DNA of 62,913 nt, filler included, from Globobulimina sp. (GCA_003354225.1; 37 parts of 37 records of this genome joined end to end with filler, not necessarily neighbours in it), one strand, 5' to 3'. Counted from the whole stretch's first letter, positions 37,330 through 49,640 are shown. Notes: generated by a model not told the origin, from the letters alone. Translations and numbers: made by a program.

Positions 37330-37477
37330 CCTGTCTCTTGGGCTCTCTCATTTCCCTCTTGCTTGCCCTTCGCTCGCNNNNNNNNNNNNNNNNNNNNNNN
37401 NNNNNNNNNNNNNNNNNNNNNTTAATTAATTAANNNNNNNNNNNNNNNNNNNNNNNNNNNNNNNNNNNNNNNNNNNN

Positions 37478-38526
37478 AAAATGGCCGAAGAGTCAAGGTA
37501 ATGAATTATGAAGATTTATGTCAAAAATGTTGGGGTGTCTGGGGTTATTACAATTTGGTAATATCCATTTTATTATTTGACTGCGGACAATGCTTAACTT
37601 ATGCAATTATTTTAGGAAACAGCGCGCATTCAGTCTGTGAGCAATTATTTGGTTGGCACAGCTTTCGCGATCGCCAAATAATTATAACTGCAGCTTTCGT
37701 ATTGTTTCTGTTCCCCTTCAGCTTGGGCAAAGACTTCCGTTTCATTGAGAAAATCTCAGCGTGTGCAATATTTTCGATCACATTCATGGTCGGAATAGTG
37801 ACATTTGAGTATTTTTACAGTTATCAGGAGGAACATGAACAGGTCGAGTTGCTCAATAACTCCATTCCGGATTTGGTGAAATCATTTGGAGCCATTGCAT
37901 TTGCGTTCAGTCAGCAAGATCAAACATTTTTAGTCTACAAAACATTGCAAAATCCCACAACAAACCGCTTCACCATATTGGCGTCGTGGGCCATGGCGAT
38001 CCAGTTTTGTTTATGTGCTACGGTCGGCTTCTTTGGTTATTTGTCCTTTGGGGACTCTGTCGGCGATGATATTTTATATGCACTTGGCGATGGACATGTT
38101 ATTGTTGCCACGCGCATCTTATATGTATTTACGATGGTTTTTATATTCCCCACCGCATTTTATGTGGTTCGCCATATTCTTTACAGCTCAATTTATTATT
38201 CAGCGGCGCAAACATTTGAGAAGGCGTCATTTAAAAAACGGTTAATGTTTACGCTGCTTCCTTTGTTCTCTTTTTTATTGTTAAGTTTATGGATTACTGA
38301 TTTGGGATTCGTCATGACATTGACCGGAGTCGTTGCTGTCGTTAATTTAACATTTATTTTGCCGGCTTGCATTCATTTGAAATTAACAACACATCCCATT
38401 CTACCATGGCGAGCAAAGCAAGGACAAATATGCGCCGCTATCATTGATACGTGGCCCTCTGTTGGATTGCTAATATTTGGTACCATCTCCGTTGTAGTTG
38501 GCATTTGCGGAGTCTTTGTAAAATAA
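37478..38526 (+). CDS. Amino-acid transporter (AAAP/SLC38-like), 5' partial
   Basis: NYEDLC..WG, GAIAFAF, GFFGYLSFG, FILPA; multiple TMs. Confidence 0.88.
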
Positions 38527-38652
38527 TGTACAGTTTTTTAATTAAATTCATACTCGATATGCACACGGTGTGTGCATGAATACATCCTTGAGTTAAATGT
38601 GCCATTAAGCGCAAAGAGTGCAGTACTTTGAAGTGTAAAAGTATAAAGAAAA

Positions 38653-39080
38653 TGCATTATCGTCGTCCTAGTGCAGTTACTAATACAACAACAAGAGACG
38701 ATGGAATTTGTGCGAGTGCGACCCAAGGAAATAAGCTGCCATATTCTGTTTCGTCATTGATTGAAAGGCGTGATTTTCTGGGAGCAATTACATTGATTAA
38801 AAATAATAATAATAATAATAATAAAATAGAAGAATTTGAGAATTTAGCATATTGCCATTTTCATTTAGGAAATTACGAAAAAGCGATATCATTTTATTCC
38901 GATTTATATGAAAATGAATCGTCAGATGCGATATTCAAAAAATCCTTCTTTTTCTCTTTCCCCCATACAATTTATTTATAGCGTGTTGTTTATTTCATTT
39001 AGGGAAATATGAGAAATGTATAAAATATTTGTACAAATCACCCCAAAATAGATTACAAAATCGTTTATTGCTACATATTG
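38653..39080 (+). CDS. IFT56: IFT56/TTC26-like TPR protein, 5' fragment with frameshift at about 38940-38965
   Basis: RRDFLGAITL, AYCHFHLGNY; second frame gives IACCLFHLGKY..RLQNRLLLH. Confidence 0.75.
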
Positions 39081-39180
39081 NNNNNNNNNNNNNNNNNNNN
39101 NNNNNNNNNNNNNNNNNNNNNNNNTTAATTAATTAANNNNNNNNNNNNNNNNNNNNNNNNNNNNNNNNNNNNNNNNNNNN

Positions 39181-39576
39181 CTCGATTTGGATATTAAAAT
39201 TGTTGAATGCGATTTTAATGAAATATTAAACTGCGAAGCTGTGACCGAACACAAATATGATATTTTATGGAATAATGCGAGTTTAATGCATCTATCAAAG
39301 ACCGAGTTTGATAAATTTTTGTATGATATACACGATGTTTGTACAGGAAACACAATATTTGGTTCATTGTTTTACAAAGGAGATGGCAGCAAAGAAAGAT
39401 ATACAGATTTAACATTTGTGCCAGATAGATATTTGAGTGAATATTCGAAAAACGAGTTATCGAGAATTTATACCAAAAATGGATGGAAAATACTGTTGAT
39501 GAGTCCTGCTGCTGATTACAACAGAAAGGGTGATTGGATTCAAATACTGGCTCAACAAACTTCCGATCGGTTTTGA
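39181..39576 (+). CDS. Class I SAM-dependent methyltransferase C-terminal fragment (prokaryote-like)
   Basis: ECDF..YDILWNNASLMHL..YKGDG..RYLSEYS..WI. Confidence 0.65.
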   Translation, partial: LDLDIKIVECDFNEILNCEAVTEHKYDILWNNASLMHLSKTEFDKFLYDIHDVCTGNTIFGSLFYKGDGSKERYTDLTFVPDRYLSEYSKNELSRIYTKNGWKILLMSPAADYNRKGDWIQILAQQTSDRF

Positions 39577-39636
39577 AATTTGAATATCAAATTAAGCCAT
39601 GCCCTGACTTAAGTTTTTTTTTTCTCATTTATACGA

Positions 39637-40783
39637 ATGTCAAACCATAGACACACACAATACAATCGCTCAAACGCATATGGCCACAGCAATAATAACA
39701 ATCATGACATAGATGACATAGATATAACCGAAGGCAACCCGGTCTATGACATCCGGGTCGTAGCTTTTAAGCGACAAATCAAACAATTAAAGGAAAAAAT
39801 AGAACTACAAACAGAATTAAACCGTAAATTAGAAACTGATAAAAATGAGCTTGAATCGCAATTAGCATCGTATAAAAAAAGATGCGTAGATCTTCAGAAA
39901 AACTTAGACGACAAAGATGCACATTTAAATGAAGTCGTCGCCAGTCTCACCATACAACATTCTGTATGTCGCTAGCCACACTGTGCAAGGATACATACAT
40001 AAAAAATATACAAATTAACTATAACATGTACACAGAAAACAATCCCAGTCAACAAAAAAAAGAAAGAAAGGTCAGGTTGGTTTGGATTTGGTACACCAAA
40101 AGCACCCAAGTCCAGCCTTAATACGTTCCTGACACCAAATACAAAGCACAATCATACACCTTCACCCATTCAGAGTCCCTCCATAGACCTCAATCAAGAG
40201 ATAGATTATGACCACGACCAACATGTCTTACCATGTATGACTGCACCCATTGGACCCATTGGATCATCCTTACCCATTACTGGCAGTACACGGCGTCGCC
40301 GGCATGGCTCGGTGCACATTATTGATGGTAGTGGCGATTTTGGTGTGTATGTAGGGACCGGTACGAGTTCACTGATTGGTATGGATCGAAACGAAATGGA
40401 GTTTAAAATAAAAAATTCATCCAGGGACAAACTGCGCAATTACATACGTGACGTATATGCCAAATATAATGTGTTGGATGGCGAAAAAAAGCAATTGTTT
40501 CATGATCTGGTGAAGGCCACACACAATCAGGGCTGGACAGAGAAGCAGGCACTGACTGCGGACAAAGAAGCCAAAACTGCCATTTCCAAAGAGAAAAATG
40601 CCAAAAACCATATAAAATCATTGGAAAAGTCATTGAAAAAAGAAAGGAAGAAAATTGAGAAATACAGGATTACTTTTGAGGATTTCAAAGCGAGTGCAAT
40701 CAAAAAAAGAAAGGACATGTTGCTGAACGACAAGAAGTTGCAGGATATCATTTGTATGAAGGACGAGTTCATTCAAAGAGCGT
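39637..40783 (+). CDS. Coiled-coil protein, 2 exons, 3' partial
   Basis: Intron 39964-40035 joins ORF 39637 in frame with ORF 40237. Confidence 0.7.
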
Positions 40784-40883
40784 NNNNNNNNNNNNNNNNN
40801 NNNNNNNNNNNNNNNNNNNNNNNNNNNTTAATTAATTAANNNNNNNNNNNNNNNNNNNNNNNNNNNNNNNNNNNNNNNNNNNN

Positions 40884-41277
40884 TGTTATCCGGTTTAACA
40901 TCTCGATGTAAAATATTCTTCTCATTATGCAAGAAATCTAATCCACGTAAGACATCTTTCATCACCTTTAATATTTCAACCTCTTTCATTGCTTTTCTGG
41001 TTTTTAAGATATCGATTAACGACCCTTTTTGACAATATTCCATAACAATTAATGTGGAAAAGCCTTCTTCCATCACATCGATAAATTTAACAATGTAGTT
41101 TGAATTACATGCTTTTAATAATTTGATTTCTTGCTGAGATGCTTCAAAATTTGATAATGCTTTTATTGCTACGAATGAACCGTTTGAGAAATCTTTGACT
41201 TTATAAACTCGGCCAAAAGCTCCTCTTCCAATCTCAACTCTGTTTTGTAAGTCATATTTCCCTGTAACAAGCGCCAT
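40884..41277 (-). CDS. Ser/Thr protein kinase (STE-like), N-lobe fragment
   Basis: IGRGAFGRV, VAIK, IVMEYC, ILHRDVKPDN. Confidence 0.92.
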
Positions 41278-41629
41278 TGTTTCCACAATTAAAACCTTAA
41301 AAGGTTGAGTCGAATCAACATTTATCATTGCCTCGGCAATGCAGGTACAGATCCAGATTGTTTTAAAGGTAGTAATGTAAAATGTAACAACAAGCAATAT
41401 GCTGCAATCATAATAACTGCAGTGAGGAACACAGGTTTAAAATAATGTCGTGACTTGTGACATTTTTTTATGTCTACAAAGTACAAACCCACATACAACC
41501 CTGCAATTTTTTTACTAATTTTGTAGATTTTAATGCTTGGAAAAGTTTTTGTAATTAGAATTTGAAAACCGTGCAGCTTTGGGTACATCACTGTCACGTG
41601 GCTGTACACTCGCAATAGTTATTATTAAT

Positions 41630-42486
41630 ATGGAAATATACGCGTCTATGGGTGAATTAGAACGGAGGTTTTTAGACACAGCATCTTCTGATTATGGATT
41701 AGAAGAATCTGATGATTATTTTTCATCTCAATCATCTGATGTACCAAAATTGTGCGCAAGCAAACACGAAAAAACAAAAAAAGAGAATGAAAAACTACGT
41801 AATTGGTTAAAAACAAGACGTACCTTAACAAATACACCAAATAATTTATTATTATCTTGCACAAATGCTGTAATTAACGATGTTTTTGGTGGATTAAATA
41901 ATATTTTACGTTTATTAGTTAACAATGCGAATAATACTCAATTAATGCAAATAAATCAAATAATAAAATCAATAAACGATAAAAATAAAAAAAAATTAAA
42001 ATTAAAAAACAAAGTTATGGATATAGATAAAGAAGAAAAATCTATAGAAACGAAAAATAATTTTAATATTATACCCTCGGAATGCATATCGTATATCACT
42101 TCATTTCTTAACAAAGATGGTGATGCTTTTGAACATTTTAAATTAGTTTCACGAAGAATAAGCATTTGTTGTTTGGAAGAAATGTTAAAATTTAGAATTG
42201 GAATATGCGATATGAATGAATTTATTTTATTTAATACGCATAAAAAAAATCGTTATCGATTTGATGAATTCGAATGCATCAAATATTACCGATACAATCC
42301 AAAGAGGACAGTGCAACATTTACAAGAACAATGGAGTAAACATTATAATATTGATGAAAATAAGCAATTAGTATTTCCTTTGTGTGATAATATTAGAATC
42401 ACACGAAAGAAATATCGAAAATATCGAAATATAATTCGCTCACAACAAAAAATTTTAAATTTCATTGATTTTCGAGAATTTACTAC
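41630..42486 (+). CDS. Hypothetical protein with F-box-like segment, 3' partial
   Basis: FNIIPSECISYITSFL..FKLVSR. Confidence 0.55.
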
Positions 42487-42650
42487 NNNNNNNNNNNNNN
42501 NNNNNNNNNNNNNNNNNNNNNNNNNNNNNNTTAATTAATTAANNNNNNNNNNNNNNNNNNNNNNNNNNNNNNNNNNNNNNNNNNNNAGGTATTTTTGGGT
42601 TTTGTTGGGTGAGTTGTTGTGGTTTAGTATTACTGTGTATAAAAACGGCA

Positions 42651-43178
42651 ATGAAAATAGTAGAAAAGAACAGATTGGAAAGGTTACAACGTGAAAAAAA
42701 GGTGCTTGCAACAGATAAAAATAGAAAGAATGTGAATGATGTATATGTTGAATGGCGTTTGGAAATGCAAAGAGTGCGAAAAAAAAATGCAAATGATTTA
42801 AATGTTGAACGCCGTTTGGAAATGGAAAGAGTGCGGAAAAAAAATGCAAATGTATATGTTGGTGAGGAGCAACACATAGAAAACAAACAAAGTAAACAAG
42901 GAAAGTATGAGGATAATTATAATGATGCATTGGAGGATGAATTGGCAAAATCTGAGCAATTTGAAAGGAAGATATCAAATAATAATAAAGAACAAATTAT
43001 CTCTAAACAACCAACATTATCGTATTCAGCAATGAGTTGTGTAATTTGTCTGGATGTGTTATTGGAGAATGAAGCGACAAAATTGTTTTGTGGGCATAGA
43101 TTTCATACAAATTGTATCGAGGAGTATAATGAAAATAATTCCAACTGTCCATTGTGTAGAAAAACAATCGAATATTAA
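42651..43178 (+). CDS. RING-H2 E3 ligase with internal 57-bp tandem duplication (42729-42862)
   Basis: CVICLD..CGHRFHTNCI..CPLCR; 19-aa unit repeated about 2.3 times. Confidence 0.85.
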   Translation: MKIVEKNRLERLQREKKVLATDKNRKNVNDVYVEWRLEMQRVRKKNANDLNVERRLEMERVRKKNANVYVGEEQHIENKQSKQGKYEDNYNDALEDELAKSEQFERKISNNNKEQIISKQPTLSYSAMSCVICLDVLLENEATKLFCGHRFHTNCIEEYNENNSNCPLCRKTIEY

Positions 43179-43333
43179 CAACATGTACATAATATTTTGA
43201 GTTGTTTCCAACAGGCATTAGATTAGATTTTCATATACAGAAATCGCAAAAACTGTGGCTTAGAAATTTATATATATCACAGCTCAGAGCTTTAATTTTC
43301 TTGTTTAACTTTATCGACATGGTACTCATGATA

Positions 43334-43532
43334 CGTGTTCACACATTTTTGGGTACACCAAGTTTTGCCTATCAAAAAAGCAATATCCAACTCCACTGTG
43401 TTTACATAAAAAATCAGTGACCAAATCAGTATATTTACTGTTTGGCCACTGCTTTTGTATCTAAACACAGTAGAGCTGAGGATTGCTTTTTTGATAGGCA
43501 AAACTTGGTGTACCCAAAAATGTGTTAACACG
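43334..43532. repeat. 199-bp foldback (near-palindromic) element, MITE-like
   Basis: ACACATTTTTGGGTACACCAAGTTTTGCCTATCAAAAAAGCAAT is reverse-complemented exactly on the right arm; imperfect pairing continues to the centre. Confidence 0.9.
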
Positions 43533-43640
43533 AACAAATCCATAAAATGATATTGCTATTTTGATCAGTGTTGAGTGCTCTATTTGAAAATGAACGAAAA
43601 GTGCAAGACTAAACATAGTAGTCGCGAGTCTGTCGTTGAG

Positions 43641-44147
43641 TTAATTACCCACTTCAAAGCCAGGCACCGTGCTGGGCAATACTTTATTTATTTTATCAGC
43701 AATAACAAGCTGTGCTTTTGTCATTTTTCCTAAATATACCATCATTAAGAAATCCTGTAATCGATTTGATATCATTTGTTCAAATTTCGCCGGCGATAAG
43801 TTAGGCACTGAAGACAAGGCCGCACCAATCAACCACCCGACAGATTCATTGCCCTCCACCTCACCATTTATCACCGACTGTACATATTGTTGAACAGTCT
43901 CCAAATTCTGCAATAAACTTTGTAACACACTCTCTAAATGATTCGTGTCATTCATTAACATCGACGGCGAATCCAATGTGTTGCCCTCAGGCGGCGATTC
44001 TATGATCATTTCCAAGCCAATTCTCTCCGATTCAGACGCAAAATAGTTACATATCACTTGTTTAAATCTATAAAATATCGGAAATGGTTTCTCCACTTCT
44101 TGCAATGGTAACAGTTCTTCCTTTTTTTTCTCTTTTTCTTCCTCCAC
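43641..44147 (-). CDS. EIF3F: eIF3 subunit F C-terminal part
   Basis: ESERIGLE, VPNLSPAKFEQM..LQDFLMMVYLGKMTKAQL..KI. Confidence 0.8.
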   Translation of the reverse strand: MEEEKEKKKEELLPLQEVEKPFPIFYRFKQVICNYFASESERIGLEMIIESPPEGNTLDSPSMLMNDTNHLESVLQSLLQNLETVQQYVQSVINGEVEGNESVGWLIGAALSSVPNLSPAKFEQMISNRLQDFLMMVYLGKMTKAQLVIADKINKVLPSTVPGFEVGN

Positions 44148-44343
44148 TGCTGTTTGACTTTCTTTTCCTTTTCATTTTCCTTTTTTTTTNNNNNNNNNNN
44201 NNNNNNNNNNNNNNNNNNNNNNNNNNNNNNNNNTTAATTAATTAANNNNNNNNNNNNNNNNNNNNNNNNNNNNNNNNNNNNNNNNNNNNTTTTCTTGCTT
44301 TAATTTATACATTTTGTAAAAAGTTTATTCAATTAAAAAACAA

Positions 44344-45860
44344 TCAAACCCGACCATTACTTGAGTTTCTATTAATTAGATCAATAGCTATAGGATTAGA
44401 AGGTTGTACCTCATCCAAACTATCCAAATGTACCCACCATAAATAATCCTTTTGTCCAATCTTTACGACTAACTGTGTCTGTCCACTATGCTTATCCACC
44501 CTCTTTATAGTGGCCAATCTCCATTCATTCATATCATACACTTCCGGTGATACATCCGGGTGTTTCATATACCAATATTTAGCCAATCTACATTTAACCG
44601 CTGTATCTTTCAAATCCTTTCCTTTCGTTTTAAATTCTCTCCGATGAATCTGTCGCGTCGATATCGAACCAGCACAACAAAAGCGAATTTGTTGGCATTT
44701 TGCTGAAATATCACACCATAAATCCCATTTAGACTGCCAACCAATATAATGTAATTTCACTTTATTTTTATTCCTATCAATATCAACAATCACCGCTGTT
44801 GCAAATCGACCAACATTGTCACGGTGATCAATATGATCATCAATGCATAAATTAGCAAACCCAATGGCATTAAAACACATTTCATCATTGAAAAATGTAT
44901 CATTTTCCTCCTCAATCTCTACAATGTCAAAACATCCCTCATCAATCTCAATATTATCGCCATCTTGTTTTTGCTCCTCAGATTCTGATATTTGTGCACG
45001 AAATTTATGTTTTCTCATTGATTTACGATTTACTTTTGCTTTTTTATTTTGTTGAATGTCTGTAAAATATTTTAAATATTGCTTCTCTCGTTTCATAGTA
45101 ACGTCACGTATACTTTTTTCCGGTTTGATTTTGCAGAGTAAATAGTTTTGAATTTCAATCACTTTCCTCAAGGATAATATGCCTGAAAATTGCACCAATT
45201 TAATAAAAAACATTGGTACCATCAATGTAAAACGGATATGCGGCGCCAAATTATTCATCATATCTTCAAACATATTGATAAATTTTTTGTCATTCTCTTG
45301 TTCTGTATCTTTCTCCTCATTATGCTCCATATCCATATCCTGATTATCTTCCTCTTCCTCACCATCATCATCAATGATAATGTCACCATTATTCCTGCGA
45401 TTTTTTTTGGAATGTTTAATAAAAATATCATGCTGTTTAATAATCATTTTTTCCCAGTTTTTAATATTATTTTTCTGTGAACTGCACCAAAAATTTGTGT
45501 CTCCTGTGGATAAACCAATGGCTTGCGACAATATGGATTCTCGTTTATCATTTTTCTTAATTTCTTCATAAATCTGTTTGGGAACACTCAAATGTGCATC
45601 GATTAGTAATTTTATTTTATGTGGGGTCTTATTATTAAATTTCTGTTTAGTTTTATACAGTGAATATCCAATACATTTATGCCATATTAGTTCCTCTGAT
45701 AAATATACGTTATTGGATTGGATAATTCTGCCTAAAATATCGATATTTAATGCATATAATTTATGCAAATCTTGAAAGATAATTTGTGTGCAATTATTCA
45801 CCATATAATTCTCGTCAATTAAGGCCTGTAAATATTGTTCTACACCAAAACAATTGTTGT
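44344..45860 (-). CDS. BTB/BACK-type protein with C-terminal Tudor/chromo-barrel-like domain, 5' partial
   Basis: SEELIWHKCI and HIRFTLM (BACK-like); IDHRD..KLHYIGWQSKWDLW. Confidence 0.6.
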
Positions 45861-46158
45861 ATTTATTTTGAATTTCATAGATGATGTGATACNNNNNNNN
45901 NNNNNNNNNNNNNNNNNNNNNNNNNNNNNNNNNNNNTTAATTAATTAANNNNNNNNNNNNNNNNNNNNNNNNNNNNNNNNNNNNNNNNNNNNGAGAGGTT
46001 GGATGTTCGGGAGTTGGTGGGAAAAAGTATCGTAGAATTGGATTCTTGTTTCATTAATAATTCAACTTCTCAACGCCTAAACTTCCGAACCTCTCATTGG
46101 CTCTCAACCTCTCAAACCTCTGACTTTAATGCATTTCTTTCAATGACTGTGATTTAAT

Positions 46159-46941
46159 TTAATTTGATTGTATTTCTGGTTTCTCCATAGTTTCTGATTC
46201 TGTACTTTGTTTTGGATCTTTCTCCAATATTACTCCAGCTGTTAAACATATGTAAGTCATAATCAGTAGAACGTGAAATGCAGCAATAGACCAAAACATT
46301 GTGATGATCGCTGCAACGGTAACAACAAACATAATAATATACCAAATCTGTGGGCCAATTTTTTTGTTTCTGAAAATTATTAATATTGCTTCGATGAACA
46401 AATAGATTAAAGGCACTGCCATTTCCAATATTTGCAGATTAAAACTGAGAGCGCGATTCGAGTCAGTTATCCATGTCATCGATACGATAGCCACAAAGAT
46501 TACATTGACGAGTATGATTGCAATCACATTTCTGCTGACATACAATGACCCCCTTCGTGCCAATAGGAATATGAATCCAAAATTTGCCGAAATTTGACTG
46601 TCAATCATAATGCAGAAAATACGGCATTTGTCTATAGAAGCTTAGGTGTTGTATAAAATGAAAACAGTAACAGACCTGAATGTCAATACGATTGTCCATA
46701 CAATAACATATCCAATGGATGGACTTGTCTTGTTGTCTTGATGTGGGAGGAATTGATGCACTGCACCACCAATGAAGTAAGCCATTCCTGCAAATATACA
46801 AAGCAAGGAGGCAGAGAAATGCGGGTCTTGTATGTCAAATTTTGTCCACTTTGATCTTCTGTAAGATTGCAATGTGAACCCACAAAATAACGTGATTACT
46901 CCAAGGACATAATCTGTTATCATCGCAGCAGTTGATGCCAT
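46159..46941 (-). pseudogene. Multi-pass membrane protein, frameshifted near 46640
   Basis: Two hydrophobic ORFs in different frames; TDYVLG and GGAVHQF motifs. Confidence 0.45.
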
Positions 46942-47419
46942 TCTCTGTATTACGTTTTGAATATCGTTGTCTTATAGAATTAATTTGTGTGTTTTGCCGC
47001 TTTCCTTTGACTAATTATAGATAATTTACGAAATTTGCAGTAGTTCATAATTGTAGATATATCAGCTGTCTATGTTGCACTTCGATGAATGTTACGACAA
47101 ACGCAATCATTGATTGGTTGTCTGAATGTAACTGCAATCTCTGCTGTAATGGCTTATGACGCCCAAGTGAAAATATTAAATTGGTCCTTGCACACAAAAC
47201 GCACACGTCTTCCAATTGTTGCAGTTTATCATTCGTATCAGTTTTATCCTCCTTAACCAATGGCTTTGCTATCAATGATTTAATGCGTTGCACTTGTTCT
47301 GTAAAAAAAAAATATTGTAAAAAAAAAATATATATTTTTTGTTGTAAAAAAAAAATATTGTATATTTATTTTATGAAACAAAATAACCAGATATATAGAA
47401 CCACCACTCACTAGTAGCC

Positions 47420-47595
47420 CACCCTAAATATCCTAATAATCAGCTTATCCTAAACTATCCTAGTAACCCTAAACTATCATATACTAACCCTAAACTATGC
47501 TAGTAATCATTTCCCTAAACTATCCTGTCATTGCCCTAAACTATCCTGTCATTGCCCTAAACTATCCTGTCATTGCCCTAAACTATCCTGTCATT
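47420..47595 (+). repeat. 21-bp minisatellite CCCTAAACTATCCTGTCATTG, 4 copies (47513-47595) plus degenerate upstream copies
   Basis: Direct reading; the array runs into the contig end. Confidence 0.92.
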
Positions 47596-47695
47596 NNNNN
47601 NNNNNNNNNNNNNNNNNNNNNNNNNNNNNNNNNNNNNNNTTAATTAATTAANNNNNNNNNNNNNNNNNNNNNNNNNNNNNNNNNNNNNNNNNNNN

Positions 47696-49297
47696 AGAAC
47701 AGCAACTGGCGTCGGCCATTTTGGAACAAGACTTGTTGAATCAGCCTTCTAATATAATTCCAGCAGAATAAGAAGAAACGGACCTAATAATAGGTTGATC
47801 TAATTGTTTATTGTCTGCTAATATAATTTGTGTGTTGTTGGCCTAGAAAAGGCTTATTCTCATTCACTTTCGCCCCTATTTCAAGTAAAACCGTTTAGTT
47901 TTTACATTTATAAATACATAATAAATTCAAGGGGAAAATAATGGCTAATTCGAGCTCTAATAATATTGCTCAGAAATCGCCTCGCTAAACCGTAATCAGG
48001 GCTTTTCATTTCAAATCATATTCTAATACTTGCAGGAAGGCGATCTTTCTGACATGGTGACCCCATAGTTTTCTAAACACTCAAAAACGGCGTAAATTGC
48101 GTATTTTTATGTACTTTACGAATTATAAACATTCGTTTTCTTTCAGCTGATCATTCCTACCTAAGTAGAAGACCTAATAAAGGTCTAGCATACAAGCCAG
48201 CGTACGCTAGTTTACGTCTGAGCAATTGCTATCCTTCACAAATTCAATTCTTTCTTTTTCTTTATTTCAATACTGACTTATAAAAGTTTAGTAAAATTTA
48301 TTTCTTGTTTATTATTGATAAATTGTATTGTACTATTCATTATGAGTGCACAGAAAAAAGGTGCTGTTACACGACTTTTGAATTTTCTAAAAACTGAAAT
48401 AAATCATCACGAAAACGACGGTCTTTTAGCAATTGAAAGGGATACACATTTATATGACTTACCAACTACTCAAGGACATATAGTTCAAATTAGCAAAAAG
48501 CTTACTTTACTCACTACAAAATTTAATAAACTTGAGAATGCAACTGCTGAGTATTCTAATGCTATCGAAGGTGATGCAGCAAAAGTTGAAGAGTTTGATA
48601 CATTTCAAGATAATGAAGCGCCTTCATGGGTTAAAAGTAATGATCTTATTGCGCAGTTTTCAGCATTAAAAGAACTACTTTTGGAACATAAAAAAGACAA
48701 AATCGCCGAAATGGAAATTCAAAATCAGTTAGCTCGCGATAATAACGATCTAAGGCGTCAACTTGCTCAACAACCAAATATTGCGGCCCTTCCAGTGCAT
48801 GCAAATGTAGGTCAACCCCCTGTACCGGTGGTTCCTGCTCGACAAATTACTGCAATAAAATTGCCCAAACTTGATATACAATCTTTTAATGGCAAAATTT
48901 TAGAATGGCAATCTTTTTGGGATTCATACGAATCTGCCATTCATAATCATCCAAATTTAACAGGAGTTGAAAAATTTAATCATTTACGTACTAAATTAAA
49001 AGAGGAAGCTTTAAGTGCAATTTCAGGAATCCAAATTACTACGGCAAATTATCAAAAAGCAATTGAAATTTTAAAAGCTCGATTCGGTAAACCACAAATA
49101 ATTATTGATACTCATTATCTTTGTTTGACAGATCTCCCTAAAGCGACCAATCAGTTAGGTAAACTACGACAGTTACATGATAGTTTAGAAGAGCATTTTC
49201 GATCACTTGAAGCATTAGGACAAGATATTAATGGTACTTTTATGCTTATTTCGTTAATTAAATCTTACCAATCGAAGTACTTCATCAGCTCAATATG
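47696..49297 (+). mobile_element. BEL/Pao LTR retrotransposon 5' part: partial LTR, PBS, gag (48342 onward)
   Basis: KLPKLDIQSFNG..WQSFWDSYESAIH..EKFNHL..NYQKAIEILKARFG (DUF1759-type gag); LTR-like end ..GACA at 48054; frameshift near 49265. Confidence 0.88.
48055..48064 (+). promoter_or_regulatory. Primer-binding site TGGTGACCCC (tRNA-Trp-like)
   Basis: Immediately follows CA; complementary to the ..GGGGUCACCA 3' end of animal tRNA-Trp. Confidence 0.65.
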
Positions 49298-49546
49298 NNN
49301 NNNNNNNNNNNNNNNNNNNNNNNNNNNNNNNNNNNNNNNNNTTAATTAATTAANNNNNNNNNNNNNNNNNNNNNNNNNNNNNNNNNNNNNNNNNNNNTGT
49401 TCAAACTGGTTTACCATCACTTTAGGTTTTTGTCACCACGCTTGTACAATTATAATTGTTTGCAATTTAACTAACTAACTGACTAACGGTTTCTCCATAA
49501 AAACAAAATTAGACATCAAAAGTTTGCAGCAAATAATTAGAAAGAG

Positions 49547-49640
49547 CATCAACATCAGCATCAGCAGCAGCATCATCATCATCATCAACATCATCATCAT
49601 CATCATCGTCATCAACATCATCGTCAGCATCATCATCAAA
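49547..49640 (+). repeat. (CAT/CAG)n trinucleotide low-complexity tract
   Basis: Direct reading; encodes poly-Ser on + or poly-Asp on -. Confidence 0.8.

Noticed and set aside
22693-38560. Second motif TACTCGATA (Sar1 intron, about 34385, about 38551)
   Set aside because: Only a 9-mer with three hits; too weak without a genome-wide count.
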